28,130 nucleotides of DNA. Source: a virus. Taxonomy: Duplodnaviria > Caudoviricetes. Below the pieces are notes generated by a model, which was not told the DNA's origin, ran no database searches, and saw only the letters and a list, made by a program, of their open reading frames with translations. Shown here one piece after another: positions 26,170 to 28,130 of this stretch (within the stretch, counting starts at the first letter, position 1; the number at the start of each line of letters is the position of its first letter). The DNA lies in IMG/VR virus record IMGVR_UViG_3300045980_000027, positions 1 to 28,130 of that record, one strand, 5' to 3'. The translations under genes were made by a program, and so were the position numbers.

Positions 26170-26383
26170 GGCCCCTCCTCTCGTCTCCGTCCGTGACGGC
26201 ACGGCCGATCTCGAAGGTGTGCAGCCCCTCGTGCAGCGGCTCCCGGAAGCACCCCTCCGTCCGCTCTGGATTGACGGCCATGCAGAGCCCATGGCTGTCG
26301 AGGCAGCCGAGCGCGCCACACACGTCGCACGCCTCACACACGCGCATGGTCGCGTAGGGCGTGGGGATCACCGTGACGCTCAC
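26159..26383 (-). CDS. Small Cys-rich hypothetical protein (74 aa)
   Basis: GTGA overlap; CEACDVCGALGC...C...C...H.G.H. Confidence 0.6.
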   Translation of the reverse strand: MSVTVIPTPYATMRVCEACDVCGALGCLDSHGLCMAVNPERTEGCFREPLHEGLHTFEIGRAVTDGDERRGRAD

Positions 26384-26586
26384 GACGATGGCCGTTCGTC
26401 GCTCGTCTCGATCAGGTGTGCCGAGCACGGCGGGTACTCCTCCGACGGCCACAAGTAGCGACCGCCCCAGAGGGGCCAATGCCTGGCGCACAGCGGGATA
26501 TCCTCATCCCCGTCCACGTCTCGGTCACCCGTCGCATCCGCGACGCAGATGCGGCAGACCTCCACGGGAGTCTCGGTCACGCTCAT
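26380..26586 (-). CDS. Small Zn-binding hypothetical protein (68 aa)
   Basis: ATGA overlap; CRIC...LCARH. Confidence 0.6.
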   Translation of the reverse strand: MSVTETPVEVCRICVADATGDRDVDGDEDIPLCARHWPLWGGRYLWPSEEYPPCSAHLIETSDERPSS

Positions 26587-26738
26587 CTCTCGCCCTTCCG
26601 CTTCTCGTCTTCCGCGGAGCACGCCTGGTTGTGCTCCGCGGCGTCCGTATCGGCCGCGCTGAAGAACGTTCGCGGCGGGCCTTCCCACCCGCAGTCGAAG
26701 CAACACCCCTGGTGGACACTTTCAACATGCGCGCTCAT
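26583..26738 (-). CDS. Small Zn-finger-like protein (51 aa, MSAHVESVHQGCCFDCGWEGPPR...AAEHNQAC...), absent from the ORF track
   Basis: Translated by hand; GAGGAG RBS; stop overlaps next ATG. Confidence 0.65.
   Translation of the reverse strand: MSAHVESVHQGCCFDCGWEGPPRTFFSAADTDAAEHNQACSAEDEKRKGER
26595..26615 (-). repeat. Gene-junction repeat, degenerate (GCGGAAGACGAGAAGCGGAAG)
   Basis: 17/21 identity to consensus, same junction position. Confidence 0.7.
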
Positions 26739-26925
26739 GCCTGCTCCTCTCGTCCCGAACCTCGCGCTTCACGGTCAGCACGTGGGTGCCGTTCGCGTGG
26801 GCCTGCACGCTGTCGAGGTATCGGTTCCCCGCGCACAGCACGAGGTAGTCGTCATCGAGCACGCGCTCCTCCAGCACCTCGCCCGTCCCCGGGTCACTCA
26901 CCGTCACCTTGATCGGATCAGCCAT
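26722..26925 (-). CDS. Small hypothetical protein (67 aa, MADPIKVTVSDP...)
   Basis: GGAGG RBS supplied by the junction repeat. Confidence 0.7.
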   Translation of the reverse strand: MADPIKVTVSDPGTGEVLEERVLDDDYLVLCAGNRYLDSVQAHANGTHVLTVKREVRDERSRHERAC

Positions 26926-27286
26926 CGGTCACCCTCCGGTTCTCGACATCCGCCTGCGTGATGCGCGTCAGGTAGCAGAGCGAGCAGCGGTCGAGTGGAC
27001 GCTCCCGCATCGGTTTCCACTCGTGCTCGTGCTTGACCGCCACGACCTCGCGCCCTTGCAGGAAGTTGACCAGAAGGCCCCAGCACGGATCACAGAGCGG
27101 GGCTTCCTCGTCGGATCGCATCATGCCCCTGTCGTCATGTCGAATGGTCGCGCAGGCGACCCGGACGGACCTCCGGGTTGTGGTCTCGACCTTCTGCTGG
27201 ACGATGCCCCAGAACGAGTAGCCGAGTATGTTGTCGATCGTCTCGACCGCCTCGCCGCATCGACGGCACTTCGCCTTGTCACTCAT
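26918..27286 (-). CDS. Zn-binding hypothetical protein (122 aa, MSDKAKCRRCG...)
   Basis: Three CxxC motifs; RBS from repeat; ends in ADVENRR. Confidence 0.7.
   Translation of the reverse strand: MSDKAKCRRCGEAVETIDNILGYSFWGIVQQKVETTTRRSVRVACATIRHDDRGMMRSDEEAPLCDPCWGLLVNFLQGREVVAVKHEHEWKPMRERPLDRCSLCYLTRITQADVENRRVTDG
26933..26954 (-). repeat. Gene-junction repeat, exact copy (GGCGGATGTCGAGAACCGGAGG)
   Basis: Identical to 27292-27313 and 28031-28052. Confidence 0.9.
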
Positions 27287-27480
27287 GACTGCCTCCGGTT
27301 CTCGACATCCGCCGACTTGTGCGCTCCGAACTCCACGCATCCACCGCAGTAGTCACGACCACCCGGCAGCTCGGTGCGTCCTCCCATCGCCCGAACATCG
27401 GCGCGCGCCTTGGTCGAGGTGTGCGACGCGGCGATCAGTCGCCCGCAGCCGTCACAGATGATCGCGCGCTCGATGCTCAT
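27283..27480 (-). CDS. Small Zn-ribbon protein (65 aa, MSIERAIICDGCG...DYCGGC...)
   Basis: Two CxxC motifs; ATGA overlaps; ends in ADVENRR. Confidence 0.7.
   Translation of the reverse strand: MSIERAIICDGCGRLIAASHTSTKARADVRAMGGRTELPGGRDYCGGCVEFGAHKSADVENRRQS
27292..27391. repeat. 100-bp exact direct repeat, copy 1 (includes junction motif)
   Basis: Base-for-base identical to 28031-28130. Confidence 0.92.
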
Positions 27481-27854
27481 CGCTCGCTCCGAATCTCGAC
27501 ATCTGCCGAAGGCTGAATCTCGAACCACCAGCTGTCGTCTTCCCACTCGACGCGGATGGGGTACGTCCCGAGCGGCAGCCCGCCGAAGTACTCCGCGTCG
27601 GTCGCGTTCTCGAAGACGTAGGCGAGGGCGCAGGTATCCGACTCGACCAGCCAATCACCGTCGCGGTAGTAGTGGTCCTTGCCGTGTCTCACGCGCTCGT
27701 CGCCGGGGTCGTACTCCGGGTTCATCGCCTGGCACGCCTGGCGCTTGCACCGCCGCAAGGTGGCACAGTCGGCACCGTGCGTGCCGCCGAACTCATACCC
27801 GTAGTCGTCGCTCTCCTCGTCGGGGAGTCGGGTGATTGTGACCGTGTGGCTCAT
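27477..27854 (-). CDS. Acidic Cys-containing hypothetical protein (125 aa, MSHTVTITRLPDEES...)
   Basis: GGAGGGG RBS; ends in ADVEIRS. Confidence 0.7.
   Translation of the reverse strand: MSHTVTITRLPDEESDDYGYEFGGTHGADCATLRRCKRQACQAMNPEYDPGDERVRHGKDHYYRDGDWLVESDTCALAYVFENATDAEYFGGLPLGTYPIRVEWEDDSWWFEIQPSADVEIRSER
27487..27507 (-). repeat. Gene-junction repeat, variant (GGCAGATGTCGAGATTCGGAG)
   Basis: Same position relative to stop/start; 3 mismatches to the exact copies. Confidence 0.85.
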
Positions 27855-27888
27855 GGCTGGCCCCTCCGAATCTCGTGCTTCGTCTCGG

Positions 27889-28023
27889 TCATTGGTTCTT
27901 CTCCCAGATATTGAAGGCGCGACGAAACTCCGGGGTATCGTCCTTGCCCTCCCGTGTGAGCCGGTCGAGATACTCGTCCAACTCGGCCTGCGAAAGCTCT
28001 TGCGGGTCAATGCGTTCGGCCAT
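27889..28023 (-). CDS. Small acidic helical protein (44 aa, MAERIDPQELSQAELDEY...)
   Basis: GGAGG RBS from repeat. Confidence 0.6.
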   Translation of the reverse strand: MAERIDPQELSQAELDEYLDRLTREGKDDTPEFRRAFNIWEKNQ

Positions 28024-28130
28024 CGCCGTCCCTCCGGTTCTCGACATCCGCCGACTTGTGCGCTCCGAACTCCACGCATCCACCGCAGTAGTCACGACCA
28101 CCCGGCAGCTCGGTGCGTCCTCCCATCGCC
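28007..28130 (-). CDS. 3' part of a second copy of the 27283-27480 Zn-ribbon gene (runs off the window)
   Basis: ...AMGGRTELPGGRDYCGGCVEFGAHKSADVENRRDGDGRTH*. Confidence 0.65.
   Translation of the reverse strand, partial: AMGGRTELPGGRDYCGGCVEFGAHKSADVENRRDGDGRTH
28031..28130. repeat. 100-bp exact direct repeat, copy 2 (truncated by window end)
   Basis: Identical to 27292-27391. Confidence 0.92.

Larger units (their letters stand above)
699..28130. mobile_element. Actinobacterial siphovirus (prophage or phage contig); boundaries not visible
   Basis: Complete head-tail-lysis gene order; no att site or host genes identifiable. Confidence 0.85.

Noticed and set aside
26595-28052. Junction repeats as a CRISPR array
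   Set aside because: Spacing is about 160-380 bp and irregular, the intervening DNA is protein-coding, and no cas genes are present.
27292-28130. 100-bp repeat pair as a DGR template/variable repeat
   Set aside because: Copies are identical with no adenine-specific differences, and no reverse transcriptase is present in the window.
1-28130. tRNA, rRNA or att core sites
   Set aside because: No cloverleaf-like sequence or flanking direct repeat recognisable by eye.

Overview
High-GC actinobacterial (Microbacteriaceae-like, inferred from gene content) siphovirus/prophage segment. The minus strand carries a complete late operon from about 25.1 kb down to 3.6 kb: HNH, small and large terminase, DUF935-type portal, ClpP-type protease/scaffold, decoration protein, major capsid, head-tail connectors, major tail, tail assembly chaperone with a -1 frameshift, tape measure, Dit, minor tail proteins (one with an M23 peptidase), a collagen-containing fibre, and an M15 endolysin with three membrane proteins. 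The left end (plus strand) has a SRAP/YedK gene and a promoter-driven accessory operon (small acidic protein, Aca2-like HTH, two multi-domain DNA-binding proteins) that looks like an acr-aca locus. The right end (25.1-28.1 kb, minus strand) is the most unusual part. It is an array of tiny, mostly Cys-rich genes whose junctions carry a recurring ~21-bp semi-palindromic motif (GCGGATGTCGAGAACCGGAGG) that encodes the upstream gene's C-terminus and supplies the next gene's RBS. One gene end appears twice with different downstream neighbours, and the array runs directly into a short tyrosine recombinase plus HTH. This is a candidate cassette-shuffling system. All family assignments come from motif recognition by eye, not database searches.
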